IMG/VR virus record: IMGVR_UViG_3300028844_004984
Source of the DNA: a virus
Strand: one strand, 5' to 3'
DNA: 64,000 nt
This document shows, piece by piece, positions 47,371-58,304 of the stretch. How positions within the stretch are numbered: position 1 is the stretch's first letter; every line of letters begins with the position of its first letter. The position numbers and the translations under genes were made by a program. The notes below the pieces were generated by a model. The model did not search any database and was not told where the DNA came from. It was given only the letters and a program-made list of their open reading frames with translations.

Positions 47371-49272
47371 ATGAACCTAAAAGAATTCATACAAAACGAA
47401 ATCAAGTCCACACTATTAGAAGATGTAGAGTTGGACCAGATGTTCAACAAAGCTGAGCCAGTATCAGAATCTACCATTGAGTGGAAAGATGCGGAAGAAG
47501 GTGATTCGGCATTGGTGGTGAAAGATAACAAAATGGGTTTGATTATCAGAGCATATGGTAGAAAGTTCCATTTGAAGTTTGTTGATGGTACAATGAAAAC
47601 CTATGATGCTAAAGAACTGAAGTTCTACAAATTCGAATCTGTTAATGAGGGACCTGGTTGGTCTAAATCAGCACTAGCAGCATTCAATCGTAAACCAATG
47701 CCAGGTCGTTACTTCATTTCAGATGAAAATGGTAATATATTAGAAAAGGGTTTGAAAACCAGTAGGTCTTGGGTTACATACTTACAGCGATTCGGTAAGG
47801 CTAGTTATGGTTACTTAGGCGGTCAAAAGCCAACGGTAGTTAACATTCACGATGGTAAGAAAAACAATGAAGTTGTTGACCAATACTATTGGAGAGATAA
47901 GTCTGGTAAGGGTAACTACTCTATCGATATCGATGACCCAACTCTTGGAAGCTTCGATAAGATTGACCCTAAGTATGTAAACTACAAAGAGATTGAGAAA
48001 CAATTGGGTATCAAAAAAGAATCGGTTAGCGAAGGAATGGTTTCACCGTCTCGTGGCCACAACTACTATGAGTTAACCAAAGATACTCCAATCAAATATA
48101 TCTCTGGTCATTCGGGTCTCGGTTTAGAAGTTCCTGGTGTGTTACTCCATAATGAATATAGTACGTTCAAAGGTAAGAAAGGTGCATATATCATAGATTA
48201 CTTTGGGGCATACTTCTATGTAGACCTTAAAAACAAATTTGCATCAAAAATTGCCAATCCAAGAAGTAGTGAACAAACTAAAGGCTTGATGAAAAATGTA
48301 AAGGTTATTGATAAAGCACCTCAACACTCAGATTGGAAGAAATTTATGAAGGAATCAGTAAACGAAGAGCAAATTGATGAAAAACTAATCACATTCTCTA
48401 ACAGAGCACCATATGGGCAAATCGTATTTATGGCAGGTGGTGCTGGTAGTGGTAAGGGATTCGCAATTGGTAACTTCATAGATTCAGCTGGATTCAAAGT
48501 GAGAGATGTTGATGAGATGAAAAATGCTGTTGCTAAGTTAGACCAGTTGGGTAAGTTCTCAGTAGATGATTGGATGAAGAAGTATGGTGATAAGTTGCCA
48601 GAGGACCAGAAAGCACACGTTGAAGAATTCGTTGTGGGTAGAGGTTTAAATATCGAAGATGTTGCAGCTGATTTGAAAAATCCAAACAATGTAGCATCAC
48701 TACACTATATTGTTGATGCTATGGGATTAAAAGATAAGTGGTTAATCAATATGTTAAAAGGTAAAGAGAACAAAGAAACACTACCTAACCTATTGTTTGA
48801 TATCACAGCTAAGAAAGTAAAATCTATCACATCTGTAATCAAACCATTGGTTGATGCTGGATACGATGCTAATAACATTCACCTTATTTGGGTACTAACC
48901 AACTACCACTTAGCGGTAGCTCAGAATAAGAGTAGAAGCAGAGTTGTGCCGGATGATATTCTATTACAAACACATGAAGGTGCTGCAAAAACAATTTGGA
49001 GTATTCTAACTGGTGGGCTTCCGAAGGGATTAAATGGTAGGGTTGATGTGATTCTGAACAACAGAGAGAACACTGTGATGTTCAAAGATAAAGATGGGAA
49101 CGTGCTGACCGGCGCAGTTAAAGGATTTAAATCACTTCCTATTAAGAAGCAAGGTGGTGGTATTCTACCTGAGAAAATTTGGAAGAAGATTCTCTATAGC
49201 TGGATTGATAGTAACGGACCAAAAACTATCAGTTTGAAAAAACCATTGGATAGACAAATAAACAAAAAATAA
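47371..49272 (+). CDS. Modular protein with C-terminal P-loop kinase (zeta-toxin/AAA_33-like)
   Basis: MAGGAGSGKG, DVDE, FDIT, R.RVVP; N-terminal modules separated by VSE/VNE/IDE. Confidence 0.7.
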   Translation: MNLKEFIQNEIKSTLLEDVELDQMFNKAEPVSESTIEWKDAEEGDSALVVKDNKMGLIIRAYGRKFHLKFVDGTMKTYDAKELKFYKFESVNEGPGWSKSALAAFNRKPMPGRYFISDENGNILEKGLKTSRSWVTYLQRFGKASYGYLGGQKPTVVNIHDGKKNNEVVDQYYWRDKSGKGNYSIDIDDPTLGSFDKIDPKYVNYKEIEKQLGIKKESVSEGMVSPSRGHNYYELTKDTPIKYISGHSGLGLEVPGVLLHNEYSTFKGKKGAYIIDYFGAYFYVDLKNKFASKIANPRSSEQTKGLMKNVKVIDKAPQHSDWKKFMKESVNEEQIDEKLITFSNRAPYGQIVFMAGGAGSGKGFAIGNFIDSAGFKVRDVDEMKNAVAKLDQLGKFSVDDWMKKYGDKLPEDQKAHVEEFVVGRGLNIEDVAADLKNPNNVASLHYIVDAMGLKDKWLINMLKGKENKETLPNLLFDITAKKVKSITSVIKPLVDAGYDANNIHLIWVLTNYHLAVAQNKSRSRVVPDDILLQTHEGAAKTIWSILTGGLPKGLNGRVDVILNNRENTVMFKDKDGNVLTGAVKGFKSLPIKKQGGGILPEKIWKKILYSWIDSNGPKTISLKKPLDRQINKK

Positions 49273-49275
49273 ATT

Positions 49276-49410
49276 ATGGCAAAATTAACATTATCGTTGT
49301 ACGGCGGAAGCTCCAAAAAAAAGAGACCGGGTGTTCACTCTAAAACTAAATCTTCTAAACTAAAAAGTTCGAAGAAATACAAAAAGAAATACAGAGGGCA
49401 GGGTAGATAA
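49276..49410 (+). CDS. Small basic protein ending in YRGQG (44 aa; not in ORF track)
   Basis: MAKLTLSLYGGSSKKKRPGVHSKTKSSKLKSSKKYKKKYRGQGR*. Confidence 0.7.
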   Translation: MAKLTLSLYGGSSKKKRPGVHSKTKSSKLKSSKKYKKKYRGQGR

Positions 49411-49427
49411 TTAACATAAATTTAACA
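49411..49427 (+). promoter_or_regulatory. Tandem TTAACA-N5-TTAACA box
   Basis: 11-bp period direct repeat, 8 nt upstream of the promoter TTG. Confidence 0.55.
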
Positions 49428-49456
49428 AAGGGGACTTGAAAAAGTTCCCTTTTTTT
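49428..49456 (+). terminator. Rho-independent terminator
   Basis: AAGGGGACTT-GAAA-AAGTTCCCTT followed by a T-tract. Confidence 0.8.
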
Positions 49457-49466
49457 ATTATATTGT
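49435..49466 (+). promoter_or_regulatory. Bacteroidota-type promoter overlapping the terminator
   Basis: CTTGA-N19-TATATTGT. Confidence 0.55.
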
Positions 49467-49476
49467 AGTATAAGTG

Positions 49477-49641
49477 ATGGGAAAGAAAAAGAAACATACA
49501 GAATCAACCGAAGTAGCTGGTTTCCAAAATATAGGCGAGGCCTCACATCACGTCGGTAAGCGTATGACTCAACAAACTATAGATAGTAAGAAGGTGTACA
49601 ATCGAAAAGAGAAACATAAAAAAGATTTTACAATTTCTTAA
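49477..49641 (+). CDS. Small basic protein (54 aa; not in ORF track)
   Basis: MGKKKKHTE...SKKVYNRKEKHKKDFTIS*. Confidence 0.6.
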   Translation: MGKKKKHTESTEVAGFQNIGEASHHVGKRMTQQTIDSKKVYNRKEKHKKDFTIS

Positions 49642-49682
49642 CATTAAAAGTTTGGAAATATCAGATATATTCCGTACTTTAG
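49627..49682 (+). promoter_or_regulatory. TTTACA-N5-TTAACA box plus Bacteroidota-type promoter
   Basis: Box 49627-49643; TTTGG(49651)-N19-TACTTTAG. Confidence 0.7.
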
Positions 49683-49718
49683 TAGGGTAAGGTTAAGAAA
49701 GAAATAAAACAAAGATAT

Positions 49719-49991
49719 ATGAATTATTCAGAATTGAATCAAATGAGTATTGAGGACCTCCGTTCTTTGAACAAGATGGTGGTTGAGGTGATTAAGAGTA
49801 AGAGAACCTTAGATGGTTACGAAAAGAAACAACAACTTTACATTGGTGCTAATGTGAGTGTTAACCACCCTAAGATGAAGGGTAAACAACTTCGTGTTGA
49901 GAAAATCAACCGAACCAAAGCCAAACTACGACTTTTAAATGGTGGTGGTATTTGGAATGTTCCATTGGAGATGATTGAAGTAAACAACTAA
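49719..49991 (+). CDS. Hypothetical early protein (SH3/KOW-like C-terminus)
   Basis: IG..V.V.....V.KINRTKA......W.VP. Confidence 0.65.
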   Translation: MNYSELNQMSIEDLRSLNKMVVEVIKSKRTLDGYEKKQQLYIGANVSVNHPKMKGKQLRVEKINRTKAKLRLLNGGGIWNVPLEMIEVNN

Positions 49992-49996
49992 GAGAT

Positions 49997-50542
49997 ATGA
50001 AAAATAACCCAAACATCGAAGTAGATTTTCAGGGAATTCGTTACAATGTTCGGAAGAAAGCTCTCCGAAAATACACTTATGGTGAGAACGAAGGTAAGAA
50101 TTACCTCAACATTGGACCAACTGAGGGTGGTCAGATGGTTAAACAATATGTGAAGACCATCAACAAAAACTACCTGTGTAAGGTGAAGGCTGACCATTTT
50201 AGTATGGGTAACTCCCTCAACGTAAATGTTTGTAAGAAGGATGGGTCACCACTTCCTCAAAGTGACTACGATTTGATTCGTAACTTTGTTGAGTTGTTCA
50301 AATATGGTCGTTTCGATGGTATGACTGATATGTACGAAACCCGAAACGCAAGTTACGAAACAGATAATGGTAATTTCATTACTGGTGGTTGTAAGTATGT
50401 TAGTATTGATAACCGACCTAAGTTTGGAACAGTTGAATGGATTGTGAATGAAATAAAGAATAATGGTCGTACTTTAGAGGATACCACCCGATTTATTACC
50501 GACCAAAAAGTAATTGATAAAGCAAAACTTCAGTTGAATTAA
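49997..50542 (+). CDS. LPD29-like protein
   Basis: FS.G.S..V, F.YG.FDGM.D.YE. Confidence 0.55.
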   Translation: MKNNPNIEVDFQGIRYNVRKKALRKYTYGENEGKNYLNIGPTEGGQMVKQYVKTINKNYLCKVKADHFSMGNSLNVNVCKKDGSPLPQSDYDLIRNFVELFKYGRFDGMTDMYETRNASYETDNGNFITGGCKYVSIDNRPKFGTVEWIVNEIKNNGRTLEDTTRFITDQKVIDKAKLQLN

Positions 50543-50757
50543 TGAGTTGGTATCGAAATCCACCAGGAACAACGTGGTACTATCGTGAAATGGGTAGTAG
50601 GAACAAAAAGACTGGAAAGTTATCCTACTACAATGTGAGAGTAACTGATTACAATATTGTGGATTGTGAGTGTAAAGCCAGAGAATTCCGTAGATACACA
50701 CCATGCAAACATATGAAAAGATTGCATGAGAAATGTACACATTTAACCATTTCTTAA
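50542..50757 (+). CDS. SWIM zinc-finger protein
   Basis: CECKA..FR...PCKH. Confidence 0.75.
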   Translation: MSWYRNPPGTTWYYREMGSRNKKTGKLSYYNVRVTDYNIVDCECKAREFRRYTPCKHMKRLHEKCTHLTIS

Positions 50758-50797
50758 CATAGAAATTTGGATATATCCATATTATTTCGTATATTGT
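50743..50797 (+). promoter_or_regulatory. TTAACC-N5-TTAACA box plus Bacteroidota-type promoter
   Basis: Box 50743-50759; TTTGG(50766)-N19-TATATTGT. Confidence 0.7.
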
Positions 50798-50824
50798 ACC
50801 TGTAATGATTGAGAGAGATATGAT

Positions 50825-51181
50825 ATGAAACAAAAAACTATTTTCACCGACATTGATGGAACTTTGGTTCATCAAGTACAATTTGAAAACATTAACCCAC
50901 TCACCAGTAAGGCTCTGCCAGGTGCGGTAGAATACTTAACGAAGATGTTCAAAGAAGGCCATCACATCGTCCTAACAACCGCCCGTCCTGAGTATTTGCG
51001 TGATACAACTATTCAGGAGATGGATTTGTTGGGGATTCCATTCCATCAATTGGTGATGGGTATTGGACGTAGTGAACGTATTATCATCAACAACCAAAGT
51101 GATAAGAATCCTCGTGAGAAGCGAGCTACCGCTATTGAGGTTGGTAAGAATCGTGGTTTGATAGGTTACGTTGAGTACTAA
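50825..51181 (+). CDS. Small HAD-family phosphatase (PseT phosphatase-like)
   Basis: DIDGTL, LTTARP, L.MG. Confidence 0.8.
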   Translation: MKQKTIFTDIDGTLVHQVQFENINPLTSKALPGAVEYLTKMFKEGHHIVLTTARPEYLRDTTIQEMDLLGIPFHQLVMGIGRSERIIINNQSDKNPREKRATAIEVGKNRGLIGYVEY

Positions 51182-51183
51182 GT

Positions 51184-51489
51184 ATGAAAACAATTGTAGT
51201 TCACAAACCACCTCGATGTAGGAAACCCAGATTAGAAATATTTGATGACCACATTGATAAGGTAAACAACGCAAGGTCTAAAAAGTATTTGCCTGAGAAA
51301 ACCGACATCCTAGCTATGGGTATGGGTGGTGAAGGTCTAATTGCACTCTACAAAGAAAAGTACTTTGGAGTAAAGAGAACGTTAACAACCACACCCAAAG
51401 CGGAAAAGGTAAACAAATCAGAACTCAAACGAGCTATTCAGAAACAAAAGAAGTTTTTGAGAGGAAAAGCTGGGAAAGATTTTTGGTAA
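51184..51489 (+). CDS. Hypothetical basic protein
   Basis: ORF in gene order; ends in KDFW. Confidence 0.6.
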   Translation: MKTIVVHKPPRCRKPRLEIFDDHIDKVNNARSKKYLPEKTDILAMGMGGEGLIALYKEKYFGVKRTLTTTPKAEKVNKSELKRAIQKQKKFLRGKAGKDFW

Positions 51490-51513
51490 TTCAAAAAATT
51501 ATTTGTATATTAG
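51482..51513 (+). promoter_or_regulatory. Bacteroidota-type promoter
   Basis: TTTGG-N19-TATATTAG. Confidence 0.75.
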
Positions 51514-51517
51514 TAGT

Positions 51518-51676
51518 ATGAGTTTAACTAAACGTTGGATAGATGATGAGAAGTTGAAGGGAAACGACCCTTTGAACGAAGAACATGATGATATGTTGGA
51601 TGATGAGTATTGGTACAATAATCATTGTCATTATTCGGGACTCCCATCTATCAATGTATATAACGATGAAGAATGA
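51518..51676 (+). CDS. Small acidic protein (52 aa; not in ORF track)
   Basis: MSLTKRWIDDE...HCHYSGLPS..; ATGA overlap with the next gene. Confidence 0.6.
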   Translation: MSLTKRWIDDEKLKGNDPLNEEHDDMLDDEYWYNNHCHYSGLPSINVYNDEE

Positions 51677-52020
51677 TAATTAGAGATATATTGTATGGTA
51701 TCTGGTGGTTTCTGATAGCTCACATTTTGGTGTTCTTTCAGCTGAACGGTCAGTTTAAATGGGATTGGTTTAAAACCAATGAGTGGGTGCTCGCATTGGC
51801 GGGTGTACCAATATCATTTCTGTATCTATGGGGAACTAAATACACTGTACAGGGATTTGAAGGAGTAATGTGGCCCGCTAGATTCATTGGATTTGGAATT
51901 GGAATGTTAGTTTATGGAATTGGAGTATCATATTTCTTCAATCAAGGTATTACACCAAAAACGTTGGTATCTTTGATTTTGGCAGTTGGGCTCATTTCCG
52001 TACAATTATTTTGGAAGTGA
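51673..52020 (+). CDS. 4-TM membrane protein (SMR/DMT-like size)
   Basis: Four hydrophobic helices, 115 aa. Confidence 0.65.
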   Translation: MIIRDILYGIWWFLIAHILVFFQLNGQFKWDWFKTNEWVLALAGVPISFLYLWGTKYTVQGFEGVMWPARFIGFGIGMLVYGIGVSYFFNQGITPKTLVSLILAVGLISVQLFWK

Positions 52021-52247
52021 TGGATAGTGTAAGAAGCGTATTTGTAAGTATACGACATCAGCAGAAACGGGTGTTGGACTTGATATATGATGCTGTTTAT
52101 AGTAGTGGTAATATGAGGGGTATTCCACAATGGCGTGATAGAAACCGATTATTCAAACTGATGAAGAAATTTCACGAAACACAGTACCTACTAAGTGAAA
52201 AAGATTTCCAATTTTTACAAAGTTTGTATTTTAAATATAAAGCTTAA
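52020..52247 (+). CDS. Hypothetical protein
   Basis: TGATG overlap start at 52020. Confidence 0.55.
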   Translation: MDSVRSVFVSIRHQQKRVLDLIYDAVYSSGNMRGIPQWRDRNRLFKLMKKFHETQYLLSEKDFQFLQSLYFKYKA

Positions 52248-52254
52248 TACTTAT
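52247..52254 (+). promoter_or_regulatory. Putative late promoter
   Basis: ATACTTAT. Confidence 0.5.
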
Positions 52255-52273
52255 ATATAAATGGAAAATAGTT

Positions 52274-52501
52274 ATGAAGGAAAGTATTAATATTACACTT
52301 GGTGTACTCGCAACATTAGGTATATTTTTGTTATGGGTATTGGTGTTCACAATCCCATTCTGGTTGGTTTGGGGTTGTATTATATCACCAAAGTTTGAAT
52401 TACCAACATTCACATTCGCAGAATCATTTTTCGTAGCACTTACAATCAAGTGGTTATTTACATCTAATAATACCTTTGGAAAATCAAATGAAAAAGGGTG
52501 A
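52274..52501 (+). CDS. Small membrane protein
   Basis: Hydrophobic; W......F.LP.....S pattern. Confidence 0.6.
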   Translation: MKESINITLGVLATLGIFLLWVLVFTIPFWLVWGCIISPKFELPTFTFAESFFVALTIKWLFTSNNTFGKSNEKG

Positions 52502-53090
52502 TGTGATGCCAAATGGATTTGTGTTGGGTAAGGGTAGAACCCCACTCAACCTAACTGAAGCTCAAATTCGTTATGCGATGAAGAACTCTAAATCCAACAG
52601 CGGCGCCGCACGATTCCTTAACATTTCATTAACCACATATGAAAAGTATGCCCGACGGTATATTGATTCGGAGACATCTAAAGATTTGTGGGATTTACAA
52701 AAGAATAAAAGAGGTAAGGGTGTAAAGAAACCATACAATGTAACAAAAGGTAAATACGCACTCAAAGATATATTGGAAGGTAAGTATCCTAAATATTCAG
52801 TACATCAACTAAAGAATCGATTACTGAATAATTCAGATAAAGTTAATTTCAAACCATGTTGCCACAATTGTGGGTATGAGGAGAAACGTATTACAGATGG
52901 TAAAGTACCATTGATATTAGACCACATCGATGATGATTGGACTAATCACATACTAAAAAATCTACGATTCCTATGTTATAATTGTTTCCACAATCTGAAA
53001 GGAAACATTAGGGGTGGGCAACCACAATGGAGAGTAGAACAAATTCAAAAAGCAAAAGAAACCTTAAAATCAAAAACAAAGGATATATAA
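52488..53090 (+). CDS. HTH plus HNH endonuclease-like protein
   Basis: AAR.L.IS..TY.KYA; CHNCG, LDHIDD...N....NLRFLCYNC. Confidence 0.8.
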   Translation: MKKGDVMPNGFVLGKGRTPLNLTEAQIRYAMKNSKSNSGAARFLNISLTTYEKYARRYIDSETSKDLWDLQKNKRGKGVKKPYNVTKGKYALKDILEGKYPKYSVHQLKNRLLNNSDKVNFKPCCHNCGYEEKRITDGKVPLILDHIDDDWTNHILKNLRFLCYNCFHNLKGNIRGGQPQWRVEQIQKAKETLKSKTKDI

Positions 53091-53093
53091 GTT

Positions 53094-53258
53094 ATGGAAA
53101 AAAAAGTAAAAAGTAGTGATGAGCCAACGGTTCACTTCACACAAAAAGAAATTGGAATATTGTATCAACTTTCACAATCAGCAACTATCTCTGTTAAAGA
53201 TATGCAAGCTGTGGCAGAGGTGTTGAACAAATGTTTAGACTACATCAATAAAAAGTAA
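53094..53258 (+). CDS. Small hypothetical protein (54 aa; not in ORF track)
   Basis: MEKKVKSSDEPTVHFTQKEIG...YINKK*. Confidence 0.55.
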   Translation: MEKKVKSSDEPTVHFTQKEIGILYQLSQSATISVKDMQAVAEVLNKCLDYINKK

Positions 53259-53270
53259 AGGAGTAAATAA

Positions 53271-55424
<2,154 letters not shown>

Positions 55425-55428
<4 letters not shown>

Positions 55429-56585
55429 CGAATATTGAATATGATAGCTTATTGAAATGGGCTAATGATAGGGGATATAATTTACACCCAGCGATTGAAT
55501 ACAAAATTGTAGATGGTATTGGTGGTATGTACGCTACAGAAGATATCCCAAAATCAACTACATTGTACACTGGGCCTGTTTCTCTTTTTAGTGAATGGGG
55601 TAATAAGTTGGTTAACAATGATTACATATCACGTATGTTCGATGAATACAAAAAGGGTGAAGATTCTGATATACATCAGATGTTTTTAGCACATGAATCG
55701 TTGGATTCGTTCAAAAAAAGTAGTATCTTCTTCGCCACAGCTGATGAGTTGAGTAAGTTGGAAGAAATATCACCAACGGATTACGCAATCGCACTCACTA
55801 CTATTGATAGAATAAAACACAGAAGTGAGTGGTGGTCGGATAAAGAACCTGAACTATCTCGTGATGAAATCGTATGGATGCTACTTAATTTTGATACTAG
55901 GTCTTGGTCTGATGGTGGGTTTAATCCAATATTAGATTTGTTTAACCATTCAAATAATGTGGGAGCATCTAGATTTAATAGCGAAGATGGTAATAAATCC
56001 AAATTAATTGCTGTGGTAGATTATAAGGCCGGTGACCAAATTTATGATTCATATGGAATCCACGATATGAGTAAGTTCTTATCAAGCTACAACTTCTTCG
56101 ATAGAACTGATATGCACTATGTGGATTTGATTAGTAGGGTTGATTTTCCACTTAGTAGTGATGTTGATTTGAAATTGTACGAAGAAGTCAAACGCAGATT
56201 CACCACCAAAGAAATTGAGGTTGATGGGGTTAAGAAGTATAAAATAATTGATGCCGGAGCATTTCTAACTGAATACGGACCAAATACACAATTTTTGGTT
56301 CTGGTTGATATATTCGCACGTAGGGATATTGAAACAATAGACAACCCAACACAAACCAATCAGATGAATGCTGCTGTGGTATATTTCGAATGGTTGAATA
56401 TGTTTTACGATTCTATGAAACCAAATTTGAAATCAAAAGATGAATTAACCGATAGGTTGAAACCTTGGCATGATGTGATTGTGAAAGAAAAGTTGATAAT
56501 AGAAAACTGCCTTCAATGGCTTAAGTATACATCTACAAGTGCACTTGAAATAAAGTTGAACGAAAATTTGGAAAATAGTAAATAA
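55425..56585 (+). CDS. SET-domain protein methyltransferase (Rubisco-LSMT/SETD3-like)
   Basis: LLKWA...G, GMYATEDI, P.LDLFNH, GDQIYDSYG......L..Y.F. Confidence 0.8.
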
Positions 56586-56598
56586 GTTCGTATATTTG
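56567..56598 (+). promoter_or_regulatory. Bacteroidota-type promoter (full TAnnTTTG)
   Basis: TTTGG-N19-TATATTTG. Confidence 0.8.
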
Positions 56599-56626
56599 TG
56601 TAACAAAACAATTAACAAAAAGCAAA

Positions 56627-56908
56627 ATGAAAAGCACTATTAAGAAGTGGGGTAAGGAAATCAGCTACTCAATCACCAACGAAGCATCTTGGATGGTTGT
56701 TAAGGATGGGCGATTTAGCTGGATTTATGTTACCAAAAAAGATATTGATGATTCTGCCTTAGTGAAGGCAATCAGAACAACTGGAACTCGTCCTGACTTC
56801 GTTAAACGACGTGGTATGTTAGATTTATTGATTCACTTTGGAATCGATGGCGGTGCTCGTGAAGAGTTGTTTGATAAAAAGGAACCGGATGTTTCCGTTA
56901 ATGTTTAA
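56627..56908 (+). CDS. Hypothetical protein
   Basis: ORF downstream of promoter. Confidence 0.6.
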   Translation: MKSTIKKWGKEISYSITNEASWMVVKDGRFSWIYVTKKDIDDSALVKAIRTTGTRPDFVKRRGMLDLLIHFGIDGGAREELFDKKEPDVSVNV

Positions 56909-57077
56909 AAATACCATATTTGATAATTCAAAACCCGTATCTCAAAATACGATGTTTGAATATCTACACATCTTACTACCATTGAACACTAGAACGGAAT
57001 TAACATTGATGGTGTGGGAACGGATATTTAACATAATGGATGATGAAAGTAGTTTGCGGGATATTGATATGGAATGA
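56901..57077 (+). CDS. Small hypothetical protein
   Basis: ATG 56901, fills the gap between neighbours. Confidence 0.45.
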   Translation: MFKNTIFDNSKPVSQNTMFEYLHILLPLNTRTELTLMVWERIFNIMDDESSLRDIDME

Positions 57078-57441
57078 TAAGGTTTTGATTGGTAAGAGAA
57101 AATCAACGAACCCTACATTTCCAAATAAGTGGGAGTTTCCTGGTGGAAAGGTGGAAGAAGGTGAAACTATCGATGAAGCAGTAACGCGTGAGTTCAAAGA
57201 AGAATTGGATATCGAAGTGTATCCATTCCACGAACTAAGAACACTTTCAGATGATGAAATGGAGTTCACCGCAATGACTGTGAAGTTAGTTAGTGGTAAA
57301 GCAAAACTAATTGAACATGACGAGATAAAATTTGTATCGGAAAGTGAATTTTTTGATATGGATTTAACTACCTATAGTAAAGAGGTTGGGAAAATACTCT
57401 TTGGTTCATATGGTATATTTTTGAAAAAAAAGAATGATTGA
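57040..57441 (+). CDS. NUDIX hydrolase (MutT-like)
   Basis: WEFPGGKVEEGE....A..RE.KEEL. Confidence 0.92.
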   Translation: MMKVVCGILIWNDKVLIGKRKSTNPTFPNKWEFPGGKVEEGETIDEAVTREFKEELDIEVYPFHELRTLSDDEMEFTAMTVKLVSGKAKLIEHDEIKFVSESEFFDMDLTTYSKEVGKILFGSYGIFLKKKND

Positions 57442-57697
57442 AAAAATGATGAATGATATTGAAAATATAATAGTTGAGGATGAGTTTATCATAATCATAA
57501 CAACTGGCGGCGACCGTAGGACCATACGGATTGATAATGTTAACACCACCCACAAACAGTATGTAGTTAATATACTATCAATGGCAGATTCACTTGTGGA
57601 TGAAATTAAACCTGATATCACAGACGGTACATCTGATTCGATATGGCCATCCGATGATTATGGTGATGTCGATTACAACGGAGATGATGTGTGGTAA
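57434..57697 (+). CDS. Acidic hypothetical protein
   Basis: ORF in gene order. Confidence 0.55.
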   Translation: MIEKMMNDIENIIVEDEFIIIITTGGDRRTIRIDNVNTTHKQYVVNILSMADSLVDEIKPDITDGTSDSIWPSDDYGDVDYNGDDVW

Positions 57698-57720
57698 TTA
57701 GTGTAAAAACTATTATCTAC

Positions 57721-57728
57721 ATATTTAT
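57721..57728 (+). promoter_or_regulatory. Putative late promoter
   Basis: ATATTTAT. Confidence 0.5.
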
Positions 57729-57759
57729 ATTGGAAATACATACTTAAAAGGACTAGATT

Positions 57760-58275
57760 ATGTTAGACACAAAAGAATTAGTATTCTCAGAGTACCAAGC
57801 CCAGGTATTCAACCAAGTGGAGAATGCATTTAAAACAAACGGATATCTTGGAACACCATTGTTTGAAGATACATATGTTTTATCTAAAGCCGTCGCAGAA
57901 TTAATTATTGAAGAAATTCCTGTGACCGGAACTAGGGCCTCTATTAGTAGAGTTGCCAGAGAGATTTATCAAGATATATTAGATATTGCACCAGTGGTGG
58001 CACCAGCACCTCCACCCCCAGCACCTATCACTGCCACAACAGCAGCATCAGATACGACATCACCCACACCAGCAACAACTCCAACTCGATTTGGACCTCC
58101 TGTAGTACAACCAAGACCAGCAGTAGATTCTCGTGGTGATGCTGTGAGTAGTGTTAGACCCGCAGGTGGTAGCGACGATAGAGTATCTCGAACCTCACGA
58201 CTATCCAGTGATAGAAGTGATAGATTGGCATCCCTCCGAGCAGCTATTCAGCGTGGTGGGCTAGGCACAAGATAA
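57760..58275 (+). CDS. Hypothetical protein with Pro/Thr-rich linker and Arg/Ser-rich tail
   Basis: APAPPPPAP..TTSPTPATT low complexity. Confidence 0.6.
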   Translation: MLDTKELVFSEYQAQVFNQVENAFKTNGYLGTPLFEDTYVLSKAVAELIIEEIPVTGTRASISRVAREIYQDILDIAPVVAPAPPPPAPITATTAASDTTSPTPATTPTRFGPPVVQPRPAVDSRGDAVSSVRPAGGSDDRVSRTSRLSSDRSDRLASLRAAIQRGGLGTR

Positions 58276-58304
58276 CTAAAAACTAACCAAAAAAGTTTCG
58301 ATGT

